Numbered from the stretch's first letter, positions 49,866 through 58,959 are shown. The stretch: DNA of 64,000 bases from an uncultured Collinsella sp. (GCA_900751755.1 CAADSP010000075.1:13916-77915); one strand, 5' to 3'. A program made the numbers and translations. The notes: generated by a model not told the origin, from the letters alone.

Positions 49866-49896
49866 AACGCGGTTTGTCAAAACCGCGTAACTATTA
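49866..49896 (-). repeat. Stop-codon-proximal palindrome (copy 2), reads GTTACGCGGTTTT-gac-AAACCGCGTTTTCG on the minus strand
   Basis: Directly 3' of the dapH stop. 9-bp stem plus T-tract, so it acts as the operon terminator. Confidence 0.65.
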
Positions 49897-50613
49897 AAGT
49901 TGACGTAAGCCCTCTTCCAGGCCGGTCTTGCTGTCGGTCTTCTCATCGCGCATCTTGATGACGCGGGCGGGGACACCGGCCACGACGGCGCCGGCGGGGA
50001 CGTCCTCGACGCACACGGCACCGGCAGCCACGACGGCGCCCTTGCCCACGCGCACGCCCTCCAGGACCACGGCGTTGGCGCCGATCATGACATCGTCCTC
50101 GATGATGACGGGCGTGGCGCTGGCGGGCTCAACGACGCCTGCCAGTACGGTGCCGGCGCCGATGTGGCAGTTCTTACCCACGGTTGCGCGGCCGCCCAGG
50201 ACGGCGCCCATATCAATCATAGAGCCTTCGCCAATGACGGAGCCGATGTTGATGATGGCGCCCATCATGATGACGGCGCGGTCGCCGATCTCGACGCGGT
50301 CGCGGATGATCGCGCCCGGTTCGATGCGGGCGTTGATGCCCTTAAGGTCGAGCATGGGCACGGCGGAGTTGCGGCAATCGTTCTCCACATCGTAGTAGTC
50401 GATGGAGTCGGCGTTGACGTCGAGGATTGCCTTGAGCTCATCCCAGTCACCAAAGACGGTCTTGCCGCGGCGACCGCCGTAGACGTGTGCATTGCCCCAC
50501 TGGACCTTTATGCCCGGCTTCTCGCGCACGTACAACTTGACGGGCGTCTTTTTGGGCGCGGTGGCGATGTAGTTGATAATCTCCTGTGCATCCATCTCGG
50601 CTGCGTTACTCAT
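49894..50613 (-). CDS. dapH: 2,3,4,5-tetrahydropyridine-2,6-dicarboxylate N-acetyltransferase
   Basis: Hexapeptide-repeat LbH domain with a DapH-type N-terminal domain. 239 aa. Confidence 0.85.
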   Translation of the reverse strand: MSNAAEMDAQEIINYIATAPKKTPVKLYVREKPGIKVQWGNAHVYGGRRGKTVFGDWDELKAILDVNADSIDYYDVENDCRNSAVPMLDLKGINARIEPGAIIRDRVEIGDRAVIMMGAIINIGSVIGEGSMIDMGAVLGGRATVGKNCHIGAGTVLAGVVEPASATPVIIEDDVMIGANAVVLEGVRVGKGAVVAAGAVCVEDVPAGAVVAGVPARVIKMRDEKTDSKTGLEEGLRQL

Positions 50614-50652
50614 TTGCTATCTCTCCTTTGGGCGGATTCGGTTGACACCTGG

Positions 50653-51393
50653 TTAGACAAACATGACCTGGTCGAACGTATAGAAGCCGGGTTCGCGGGT
50701 GACGAGCTTCTGCGCGGCTGCCAAGGCGCCGTTGACAAAGATCTGACGACTCGTGGCGCGGTGGGTGAGCGTGACCTCCTCGTCCTGGCCGAAAAAGCTT
50801 ACCTCGTGCACGCCGGCGACGGTGCCGCCGCGCAGCGAGTGCATACCGATCTCCTTGGGGTCACGCGCGCCGCACATGCCCTCGCGGCCATAGACGGGGT
50901 GGTAGCCTGCCTCGGGCTCAGCTTCGACGACGGCATCGAGCAGTAGCTTGGCAGTGCCGCTGGGGGCATCGACCTTTTGGTTGTGGTGCGTCTCGACGAT
51001 TTCGCAGTCAAAGCCGGGCAGCTCGCGTGTAGCCTGCGCTACCAGATGGCGCAGGGCTGCGATACCGATGGAGTAATTGCCCGAGTGCATAACGCGGGTG
51101 TTCTGGCCCAGCTCGCGCAGACGGTCCATCTGCTCGGGGGTGTAGCCTGTGGTGCCCGAGACCAACGCCGCGCCCGTGCGCTCGACATAGGCGACGACGG
51201 CATCGAAGGTCGCGACGTTCGAGAAGTCGATAATCACATCGGCAGCCGGTGCGTTCTCGAGCTTGCTCAAATCGAAGCCAATCTGGGCCACGATATCAAA
51301 AACGGGTTGACCGGCGGCGTCGACAACGCCCTCGGCGGTGGTGCGGATGAGCGAGCCCATGCGGCCCGTTCCCATAATGACGGTCTTAATCAA
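50653..51393 (-). CDS. dapB: 4-hydroxy-tetrahydrodipicolinate reductase
   Basis: GTGRMG Rossmann motif and EIVETHHNQKVDAPSGTA catalytic motif. Overlaps the upstream gene by 8 nt. Confidence 0.9.
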   Translation of the reverse strand: MIKTVIMGTGRMGSLIRTTAEGVVDAAGQPVFDIVAQIGFDLSKLENAPAADVIIDFSNVATFDAVVAYVERTGAALVSGTTGYTPEQMDRLRELGQNTRVMHSGNYSIGIAALRHLVAQATRELPGFDCEIVETHHNQKVDAPSGTAKLLLDAVVEAEPEAGYHPVYGREGMCGARDPKEIGMHSLRGGTVAGVHEVSFFGQDEEVTLTHRATSRQIFVNGALAAAQKLVTREPGFYTFDQVMFV

Positions 51394-53695
51394 GCAGACC
51401 AGCCCCCTTCAGAGCATCGGTAAGTGCAGAGCGCGTGTCGTCTGCCATGGGGCACAGCGGCATGCGGTAGTTTGCCTCGATCATACCCATCTGGGCGAGC
51501 GCCTCTTTGACGGGGATGGGGCTGACCTCACTAAAGAGGGCATTGATGAGCGGCTGGCCGGCAATTTGGATATCGCGGGCACGCGCCACGTCACCGTCCA
51601 AATAGGCGCGGCACATGTCATGCACGAGCTGCGGCTGCACGTCTGCCCACACGCTGATGGTGCCCGAGGCGCCCAGGCTCATGAGCGGCACGGTAAGCGC
51701 GTCCTCGCCCGAGTACATGCGGAAGTCGTCTGACAGCAGATGGGCGATCTTGGCCGCGTAGGCGACGTTGCCCGAGGCCTCCTTAATACCCATGATGTTG
51801 GGGTGCGCGGCCAGGCGCTCTACGTTGCGCTCGCTGATACCGCAGCCGCAGCGGCCGGGGATGTTGTACAGGATGCAGGGGATGTTCACGGCATCGGCGA
51901 CGGTCTTAAAGTGCTGATAGATACCCTCTTCGTTGGACTTGTTGTAGTAGGGGGTAATGAGCAGCAGGCCGTCGGCTCCCAAGCCCTGGTAAGTAAGCGA
52001 CTTGGTGAGCATGGTCTGCGTGGAGTTGGAGCCCGAGCCGGCAATGACGGGGACGCGTCCTGCAACATGCTTGACCACGGCGGCGACGACGGAGTTGTCC
52101 TCGTCGTCGGCCATCGTGGCGCTCTCGCCGGTGGTGCCCAGGGTGAGGATGGCGTCGGTGCCGTTTTGCAGGTGGAAATCGATAAGGCGCTCGAGTGCGT
52201 CAAAGTCGACACTGCCATCCTTTTTAAACGGCGTGACGAGGGCGACGATTGAGCCCTCGAGATTGCGGATGTCCATGTTCTTCTCCTTCGCGTCCGCGAT
52301 CTGGATGCGTTTGTTCCATTGGGCGGCGACTGCCAGGCGCTCGTCTTGGGCGCGACGGCGGGCACTTTCGGCGCGCGACTTGGCCAGCAGCTCTCGGCCG
52401 CTCGGCAGCACGTCGAGCGTGGCAAAGTAATCGCCCGGGCGCTCGGCGCGGCGGATGAGGTCGGCCGAGCCATCGGGGCGCAACAGGACCTCGGCGGAGC
52501 GCAGGCGTCCATTGTAGTTGTAGCCCATGGAGTAGCCATGCGCGCCGGTATCGTGGATCACAAGCAGGTCGCCCATGTCGATATGCGGCAGCTCGCGATC
52601 GATGGCGAACTTGTCGTTGTTCTCGCACAGATTGCCCGTGATGTCATAGGTGTCCGTGACGGGCGCTGTGGTCTTGTCGTCGCCACCCGGCTGGCCCATC
52701 ACCGTAATGTGGTGGTAAGCGCCATACATGGCAGGACGAATCAGATCGACGGCACTGGCGTCCACGCCGATATAGTCCTTGTAGATCTGCTTCTCGTGGA
52801 TGGCCTTGGTGACCAGGCATCCGTAGGGGCCCATCATAAAGCGACCCATCTCGGTGCAGATCGCCACATCGTCCATGCCGGCGGGGACCAGAATCTCGTC
52901 GTAGGCTGCGTGTACGCCCTCACCGATGGCGTGAATGTCGTTAGCCTGCTGCTCGGGCAGGTAGGGGATACCCACACCGCCGGACAGATTGATAAAGGCG
53001 ACATGTGCGCCGGTCTCGCGCTCCAGGCGCACGGCAAGTTTAAAGAGGATGCGTGCGAGCTTGGGATAGTAGTCGTTAGTGACGGTGTTACTGGCAAGGA
53101 AGGCATGGATGCCAAAATTCTCGGCGCCCTTGGCCTTGAGCATGCGGAAGGCCTCAAAGAGCTGCTCGGTGGTCATGCCATATTTGGAGTCGCCCGGGTT
53201 GTCCATGATGCCGTTGGAGAGCTGGAACAGACCGCCTGGATTAAAGCGGCAGCTGACCGTCTTGGGGATGGGCCCCGCAACGCGCTCAAAGAACTCGATG
53301 TGGCTGATGTCGTCAAAATTGACGATGGCACCCAGCTTGTCGGCGAGCTCAAAGTCGGCAGCCGGTGTGTCGTTGGACGAGAACATGATGTCGTGTCCCG
53401 TGATACCCAGTGAGCGGGCGATCATGAGCTCGGTATAGCTCGAGCAATCGCAGCCGCAGCCGTATTCGTTGAGAATGGAGATGAGCGCCGGGTTGGGATT
53501 GGCCTTGACGGCAAAGTATTCCTTAAAGCCCGGGTTCCATGCAAAGGCGTCGCGTACTTCTTGCATGTTGCGGCGGATGCCCGCCTCGTCGTATAGATGA
53601 AACGGCGTGGGGAACTGCTCGACGATATGCTCGAGTGTCTCCTTGTCCACAAACGGCTGCTTGGCCGCATATGCCTCGTTGGGGGTCAATGCCAT
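51386..53695 (-). CDS. Diaminopimelate decarboxylase (LysA, residues 1-430) fused in frame to 4-hydroxy-tetrahydrodipicolinate synthase (DapA, from Met474)
   Basis: Single 769-aa ORF. Orn/DAP/Arg decarboxylase PLP motifs (AVKAN, GxxxDCSS). A 40-aa basic linker. Then GAAGGAGAAGAAC-ATG and a complete DapA (GTTGES, catalytic K in MGIKEASG). The DapA part alone would be 51386..52276. Confidence 0.75.
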   Translation of the reverse strand: MALTPNEAYAAKQPFVDKETLEHIVEQFPTPFHLYDEAGIRRNMQEVRDAFAWNPGFKEYFAVKANPNPALISILNEYGCGCDCSSYTELMIARSLGITGHDIMFSSNDTPAADFELADKLGAIVNFDDISHIEFFERVAGPIPKTVSCRFNPGGLFQLSNGIMDNPGDSKYGMTTEQLFEAFRMLKAKGAENFGIHAFLASNTVTNDYYPKLARILFKLAVRLERETGAHVAFINLSGGVGIPYLPEQQANDIHAIGEGVHAAYDEILVPAGMDDVAICTEMGRFMMGPYGCLVTKAIHEKQIYKDYIGVDASAVDLIRPAMYGAYHHITVMGQPGGDDKTTAPVTDTYDITGNLCENNDKFAIDRELPHIDMGDLLVIHDTGAHGYSMGYNYNGRLRSAEVLLRPDGSADLIRRAERPGDYFATLDVLPSGRELLAKSRAESARRRAQDERLAVAAQWNKRIQIADAKEKNMDIRNLEGSIVALVTPFKKDGSVDFDALERLIDFHLQNGTDAILTLGTTGESATMADDEDNSVVAAVVKHVAGRVPVIAGSGSNSTQTMLTKSLTYQGLGADGLLLITPYYNKSNEEGIYQHFKTVADAVNIPCILYNIPGRCGCGISERNVERLAAHPNIMGIKEASGNVAYAAKIAHLLSDDFRMYSGEDALTVPLMSLGASGTISVWADVQPQLVHDMCRAYLDGDVARARDIQIAGQPLINALFSEVSPIPVKEALAQMGMIEANYRMPLCPMADDTRSALTDALKGAGLLD

Positions 53696-53699
53696 GTCC

Positions 53700-53925
53700 C
53701 GTAAACCTCGCTATCCAGACGGCGCCATCTGCGCATCGAATCCGCATAGCGTGGACCCAATGTCCGGATAGCGCTCCCGCATTGCTGCAGACAGTCCTGT
53801 GGGTGTTTCCCACAGGCCCACCAGGTTGTTCGTGCCCGAAAAACCCAGTTCGGCGGGTTTCGCCTCCCCACGGGGTCAAAGTCTGCCGACTCGCCCGTGG
53901 CTCTTCGTGCCCGCGCCTCTATCAA
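53700..53925 (-). promoter_or_regulatory. Lysine riboswitch (L-box) in the leader of the lysA-dapA-dapB-dapH operon
   Basis: The minus-strand RNA begins GATAGAGGCGCGGGCACGAAGAGCC. It contains GGGGAGGCGAAACCCGCCGAA, CCTGGTGGG and ACTGTCTGCAG L-box hallmarks. GCGCTATCC / GGATAGCGAGG can sequester the SD. Confidence 0.65.
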
Positions 53926-54073
53926 GTGGTAAAGACCCTATCACGTTGCACTTTACCAAACAAGAGTATTCGTATATAACGTTTAAAAAATGCAGCAATA
54001 TGCTGGAAACATGTGTGCCACAATCCTGTATCACAATAAGTTGCAACAGATGTGCCTCACGAAGGGATTCTCT

Positions 54074-55261
54074 ATGACCGAGCTCCAAGAACTCCGTCGC
54101 TATCGCCGCGATCTCCATCGCATTCCGGAGCTCGATTTCGATCTTCCGCAGACTATTGCCTATATCGAGGGCGTGTTGGCGCCGCTCGCTTGCGAGGTGA
54201 CCCATCCGTGTCCCAGCTGCGTCTGCGCTTTCTTCGACGCTGGCGTTGGTGCCGCGCGTGCCACGGCGATTCGCGCCGATATGGATGCGCTGCCCATCGC
54301 GGAGGCGACGGGAGCGGCCTTTGCCTCGATCCATCCCGGCAAGATGCACGCTTGCGGACATGACGGACACATGGCCATGGCACTTGCCGCCGCGACGTAT
54401 GTCGACCGTATGATTCGCGAGCAGCCGGGCGCCATTAGGCGCAACGTTCTCTTTGTGTTTCAGCCGGCCGAGGAGACGACTGGTGGTGCCAAGACGGTGT
54501 GCGAGAGCGGCGTGTTCGAGCGCTACGGGGTGGATCGCATCTTCGGCTTCCACGTGTGGCCCGATCTGCCCGCCGGCACGTTGGCGAGCTGCTCCGGTCC
54601 GTTGCTGGCGCGTTCGAGTGAGACACACATTCATATTCACGGGACGAGCATCCATATCGCTAAGACCTATGGCGTTCCGGTCGAGGAGTCGCACGATGCG
54701 GCGCTGGCGGCTGCCAAGTTCTTGGTTGCCGAGCGCGAACTGATGGACGAGCTGGGCACCGACGAGCCCTGTATCGGCAAGTTTGGTCTGCTGCAGGCCG
54801 GTACCGTCTGCAATGCGGTGGCGGGGGAGGCCCATGTTGCCGGCAGCCTGCGTGTGTTTACGGACGACATGTTCGACCGGGCGCGCGAAGGCGTGCGCCG
54901 CGTGCTGGACGATGCCTGTGCCGCAACAGGCTGTACGTACGATCTCGACTTTGCCGAGGGCTATCCGCCAGTCGATAACGACCCCGAGTTGTTTGCCAGC
55001 GTCGCGCCTGCCTTGCCCGGGCTGCAGCTTGTGGAGGAACCGCTGCTGATCGCCGAGGATTTCGCGTTCTATCAACGCCATCTGCCGGGCGTGTTTTTCC
55101 TGCTGGGCACGGGTATGCCAGAGGACCAAGACAACCCGAGTGATTCGGATGGCTGTCCCGCCTATGCCACAAGCGCTCTGCATACCGATAGCATGCTCTT
55201 CGACGAGGAAATCCTTCTCAAAGGCCTCGATGTCTACAAACGATTGCTTTTGCTTGACTAA
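54074..55261 (+). CDS. M20-family amidohydrolase, likely N-acetyldiaminopimelate deacetylase (completes the DapH branch)
   Basis: GAAGGGA RBS. M20D motifs (MHACGHDGH, FQPAEE). Divergent from the lysine operon. Confidence 0.7.
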   Translation: MTELQELRRYRRDLHRIPELDFDLPQTIAYIEGVLAPLACEVTHPCPSCVCAFFDAGVGAARATAIRADMDALPIAEATGAAFASIHPGKMHACGHDGHMAMALAAATYVDRMIREQPGAIRRNVLFVFQPAEETTGGAKTVCESGVFERYGVDRIFGFHVWPDLPAGTLASCSGPLLARSSETHIHIHGTSIHIAKTYGVPVEESHDAALAAAKFLVAERELMDELGTDEPCIGKFGLLQAGTVCNAVAGEAHVAGSLRVFTDDMFDRAREGVRRVLDDACAATGCTYDLDFAEGYPPVDNDPELFASVAPALPGLQLVEEPLLIAEDFAFYQRHLPGVFFLLGTGMPEDQDNPSDSDGCPAYATSALHTDSMLFDEEILLKGLDVYKRLLLLD

Positions 55262-55363
55262 GGCGCAAAGGACTATTTGTTCTAGAAAACACGAACAAAC
55301 GTACGATATAATAGAGATGTAAGTCTATAGAAACGTTTGACGTTACTAACGTAAGGCGATACT

Positions 55364-55645
55364 ATGATTGCATCGTATAAAGATGAGGATACCGAACGCT
55401 TTGCCATGGGTGTGCGGGTCAGGAGGTCCGTGCCCTTTGAGCGTGTTGCGTTGAGGAAGATTCGCCAACTGCAGGTTTGTGCTTCGCTTGATGATCTTCG
55501 CGTTCCACCGGGCAACCGCCTGGAAGCTTTGAAGGGCGATCGTGCCGGTCAATATAGCATCCGTGTTAACGAGCGCTATCGGGTCTGTTTTGAGTGGAGA
55601 CAGGAGATGGCTTGGAATGTCGAAATCGTCGATTATCACAAGTGA
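55364..55645 (+). CDS. higB: HigB-like type II toxin (RelE/ParE superfamily)
   Basis: 93 aa. LDDLRVPPGNRLEALKGDRAGQYSIRVNERYRVCFEW is near-consensus for HigB (plasmid maintenance killer). Confidence 0.85.
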   Translation: MIASYKDEDTERFAMGVRVRRSVPFERVALRKIRQLQVCASLDDLRVPPGNRLEALKGDRAGQYSIRVNERYRVCFEWRQEMAWNVEIVDYHK

Positions 55646-55958
55646 TGAGACTTCGGCCGATTTGCTGTCGCCGGTGACTCCTGGTGAGCTTCTCAAAGAG
55701 GAGTTTCTTGTTCCCATGGGCATTTCTCAATATCGCCTTGCGAAAGAGACTGGGATTCCGGCTCAGCGTATCGGGCAGATTGTCTTGGGAAAACGTCGCG
55801 TGACGGCCGACACCGACCTCCGTCTTTGCCGTTATTTTGGCCTGACGGATGGTTATTGGCTGCGCGCTCAGGTGGCGTTTGACCTTGAGGCCGAGAAAAG
55901 GCGGATCGAACCGGAACTCGACAAGATCGTTCCTGTTCAGCAGGCTATCGCACTGTAG
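55617..55958 (+). CDS. higA: HigA antitoxin (XRE-family HTH)
   Basis: Overlaps the higB 3' end. PGELLKEEFLVPMGISQYRLAKETGIPAQRIGQIVLGKRRVTADTDLRLCRYFG matches the HigA HTH. Confidence 0.8.
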   Translation: MSKSSIITSDETSADLLSPVTPGELLKEEFLVPMGISQYRLAKETGIPAQRIGQIVLGKRRVTADTDLRLCRYFGLTDGYWLRAQVAFDLEAEKRRIEPELDKIVPVQQAIAL

Positions 55959-55987
55959 TGCTCAAAGATGATGGGGGTGGCGCGGCG

Positions 55988-56311
55988 ATGAGGCGACGCC
56001 GACAATCTGCCGTATATAGTCCGGGTGGATGCGGGTGCGGTTTGCTGCTGCTTCCGGTCATCGCTGTGGGCATTGGCGTGATGTTTGTGCTTGCTGGGCT
56101 GGCTACGGCGGCACTCGTACTGTTTATCACTGCTATCGGCGTGACGATTTGGCTTTATCGCAGTCGTGAGCAGCGCCGCGCCGACGGTAAGACCAATGTA
56201 GGATGGATTGCCTTTTTGGTCATCGCCTACCTGCTGAGCATCAGCTATTTGGCCTTCTTTATCCTGTTGCTTGTGAGCACCTTTACCGGGGAATCCGTCA
56301 CGGTGGGTTGA
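55988..56311 (+). CDS. Small membrane protein (about 107 aa), hypothetical
   Basis: GGGGGTGG 8 nt before the ATG. Arg-rich N-terminus, then two or three TM helices. Confidence 0.35.
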   Translation: MRRRRQSAVYSPGGCGCGLLLLPVIAVGIGVMFVLAGLATAALVLFITAIGVTIWLYRSREQRRADGKTNVGWIAFLVIAYLLSISYLAFFILLLVSTFTGESVTVG

Positions 56312-56416
56312 TGCACTGCCAGCAGACGGTTGCGCAAAGTGCGTTTGCTCGGCGTTTGGATAACTGCATTGGCCGTTTACCGCAGCCTTAGCTCTCAGCT
56401 AATGAATTCAAGTTTA

Positions 56417-56470
56417 ATCCTTCCTACGATGTGCTGTGTGCCGGCACGGTAGCCGGATCGTAGGAAGGAT
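56417..56470 (+). promoter_or_regulatory. 5'-UTR hairpin sequestering the ribosome-binding site of the lipoprotein gene
   Basis: Perfect 14-bp inverted repeat ATCCTTCCTACGAT-26 nt-ATCGTAGGAAGGAT. The 3' arm contains the GGAAGGA SD located 2 nt before the ATG. Confidence 0.6.
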
Positions 56471-56472
56471 GC

Positions 56473-57018
56473 ATGATGAAAAAGCTTGAAAACGAAGTGC
56501 TGCTGAGCCGTCGCGCTGCACTGGGCGCATTCGCCACCGTCGCCTTGGGGACTGCCGGTCTTCTTACCGGTTGTGGTAGCGATAAGGCGACCGTCACCGA
56601 GGACGCTGGCGATGGCGACAAGAAGGAAGAGGCGAAGAAGGAAGAGCAGTCTACGACTGACCTGGCGGTTGGTGCGACGGTGACCACGGCTGCCGGTCTT
56701 TCCGTCGTTGTCGATTCCGTCCAGCCCGGCCTCACAAATTATGACGGTTCGACCATGACGGGCATTCACGTCACGTACGTCAACAATGGTGATGAGGGCG
56801 CAGATTACAACATCTACGACTGGAAGGGCGAGGACGCCAACGGCGCTCAGCAGAATCAGGGTTACTACAGCGAGGGCTCCGATGAGCTGCAGTCTGGTAC
56901 CCTTGCCGCTGGTGGCTCTGTGGCGGGCAATATCTACTTTGATGGCGATATCAAGAAGGCACTGTATTTTGCCAACATGTTTGATAAGTCTGCCACTGCA
57001 AGCTGGGTGTTGGCCTAG
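56473..57018 (+). CDS. DUF4352-like secreted lipoprotein
   Basis: Twin-Arg-like SRRAALGAFATVALG signal plus lipobox LTGCGS. Acidic linker, then an Ig-like DUF4352 body. Confidence 0.7.
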   Translation: MMKKLENEVLLSRRAALGAFATVALGTAGLLTGCGSDKATVTEDAGDGDKKEEAKKEEQSTTDLAVGATVTTAAGLSVVVDSVQPGLTNYDGSTMTGIHVTYVNNGDEGADYNIYDWKGEDANGAQQNQGYYSEGSDELQSGTLAAGGSVAGNIYFDGDIKKALYFANMFDKSATASWVLA

Positions 57019-57057
57019 CATGTCGCTACCGTTGCGCCGTATGGGAGGTGAAGTCGT

Positions 57058-57480
57058 ATGCCCGATAAAAAGCTGACTGACGAGTTGCTCAATGAGCTTC
57101 TCGACGCGCCAAACATCGATGGCTATATCAAAGAACACGACTTTGCCGCCCCGTCGCTTTCGAACTACCTGAAGCAGCTACTGCAGGAAAAGGGCTTGGA
57201 GCGCTCGCGCGTGGTTCGTATGGCCGATCTCAATGAGACCTTTGGCTATCAGATCTTTACCGGGGCGCGCCTTCCGAGTCGCAATAAGGTGCTGCAGATT
57301 GCCTTTGCGATGGCGCTGACGCTCAAAGAGACCAACCGTGCGCTGACGGCTGCCGGGGTAAGCGTCCTTAACTGCAAGGACCGCCGCGATGCGATTATCA
57401 TCTTTTGCATCGATCGCGGTTGCAGCCTCCAAAAGGTCAACGAGGAGCTGTATCGCTTTGGCGAGGAGACGGTGAGTTAG
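57058..57480 (+). CDS. XRE-like HTH domain protein (140 aa)
   Basis: GGGAGGTGA RBS. LERSRVVRMADLNETFGYQIFTGARLPSRNKVLQIAFAMALTL fits a helix-turn-helix pattern. Confidence 0.55.
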   Translation: MPDKKLTDELLNELLDAPNIDGYIKEHDFAAPSLSNYLKQLLQEKGLERSRVVRMADLNETFGYQIFTGARLPSRNKVLQIAFAMALTLKETNRALTAAGVSVLNCKDRRDAIIIFCIDRGCSLQKVNEELYRFGEETVS

Positions 57481-57566
57481 CGGCTGATATCCGGGCCGGC
57501 GGAGCTGCCGAACAACGATGCAAGCGAACGGGGCGCGGATGCCATGAGGTGTCTGCGCCCTGCGCT

Positions 57567-58958
57567 ATGATGGAGCCTATGGATACTCAGACCCCAACAT
57601 ATTCCGATGACGAGCTGACCGCAGCGCTTGCCGAGCACCTGGCGTCGCTCGATCGCGACGACAGCTATCGCGTGGAGCGTGTACTTAAGCGCTCGTCCGT
57701 TGAAACAACCGAGCTCGTGTACTTTGAAGGAACCGGCGGTGGCTCGCTCGGCCCCTTTGTCCGTAAAGGCATCGATGCTTCGGCTCAAATCGGCGGGGCA
57801 TACGAGCGCCTGTTTGCCGCTCAGCGGGCAGGCAGGCGTTTTGAGCACCTGCCCAGAATCGTCGATTGTCGTCGTGCGGGCGACGAGCTCAACGTGGTTA
57901 TGGAATACATCGAAGGGGAGACACTCGGGGCGCTGGTGGACCGTCTGGGAGCCACCCCCGATTATGCGCGTGAATTGTATCCTGCCCTATGCGATGCCGT
58001 GGGCGAGCTCCATGCCGGTTTTGCAATGGTGGGGGAGACGTCGGCGCCGGTGATCCATCGCGACCTCAAGCCGTCGAATATCATCGTGACAGGTGCCAAC
58101 TATACGCCTGATGACGGCCTGACATTTTCATCGCTGGTGATTATCGACCTGGGGATCGCGCGCGTATGGCGCGATGGCGCCGATGCTGACACCGTCAAGT
58201 TTGGCGCGCGACCCTATGCGCCGCCCGAGCAGTATGGGTTTGGGCAGACGAGTGTGCGCAGCGATGTCTACGCACTCGGGGCCCTGTTGTTCTTTTGCTT
58301 GACGGGAGTCGACCCTAAACCAGGGCTCGACATGCGCGAGCAATGTGAGGCATGCGGCATTCCCACTCCACTTGCCGATGCCGTCTGCATGTCGATGGCG
58401 CTCGACCCGGCCAAGCGTTTTGCGAGCGCGGAAGCGTTGGGACGGGCGACGCGCGCGGCATACGATCTAAGTCGCCCCGTGCGGCCTCCTGCGCCTGTGC
58501 TTGTCCGTGCTCCGGCCTCGGAGACGGTGTTGACGCCCCAAGGGCTCCAGAACCCCACAGGGCTTCCTAGGCCTGCCGCCTCCACTGCATGCGGTCTGCT
58601 CTCTCGCGTTCCGGAGTCTCTGGGGCGCATTTGGAATACGCTCGTCTTCTTCTCGCTGCTTGTGTTCTTTGCCGGAAGTCACTTTGCCGTCTTTCACCCC
58701 ACGGGAGCAAACCAAAGCTACCCGACGTGGCTTCTCATAATCGAGTATTTTTTCTTTGTCGATGGCCTTATGGCGCTTATGCATTTTGCGCTGCTCGATA
58801 AGCGCCGTCTTCGTCGGCGATTCGCACTGCTCGACAGCTATCGCGGCAAGAAGCTCGCGAAACTCTGGCTCAAGGCATTGGGTGTGCTGCTCCTATGCAT
58901 GATCGTCATAGTCGCGGTTGCCAATGCGACCGGCGTCGTCGATACCTCCGCTACCTAA
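57567..58958 (+). CDS. Hanks-type Ser/Thr protein kinase with a C-terminal membrane domain
   Basis: HRDLKPSNI catalytic loop, DLGIA, APE motif. About 4 TM helices at the C-terminus. The start is ambiguous (ATGs at 57567, 57570 and 57579). Confidence 0.8.
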   Translation: MMEPMDTQTPTYSDDELTAALAEHLASLDRDDSYRVERVLKRSSVETTELVYFEGTGGGSLGPFVRKGIDASAQIGGAYERLFAAQRAGRRFEHLPRIVDCRRAGDELNVVMEYIEGETLGALVDRLGATPDYARELYPALCDAVGELHAGFAMVGETSAPVIHRDLKPSNIIVTGANYTPDDGLTFSSLVIIDLGIARVWRDGADADTVKFGARPYAPPEQYGFGQTSVRSDVYALGALLFFCLTGVDPKPGLDMREQCEACGIPTPLADAVCMSMALDPAKRFASAEALGRATRAAYDLSRPVRPPAPVLVRAPASETVLTPQGLQNPTGLPRPAASTACGLLSRVPESLGRIWNTLVFFSLLVFFAGSHFAVFHPTGANQSYPTWLLIIEYFFFVDGLMALMHFALLDKRRLRRRFALLDSYRGKKLAKLWLKALGVLLLCMIVIVAVANATGVVDTSAT

Positions 58959-58959
58959 A

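Noticed and set aside
56395-57138. 247-aa minus-strand ORF
   Set aside because: Antisense to the DUF4352 lipoprotein gene, which has a signal peptide, a lipobox and an RBS. The minus frame has none of these.
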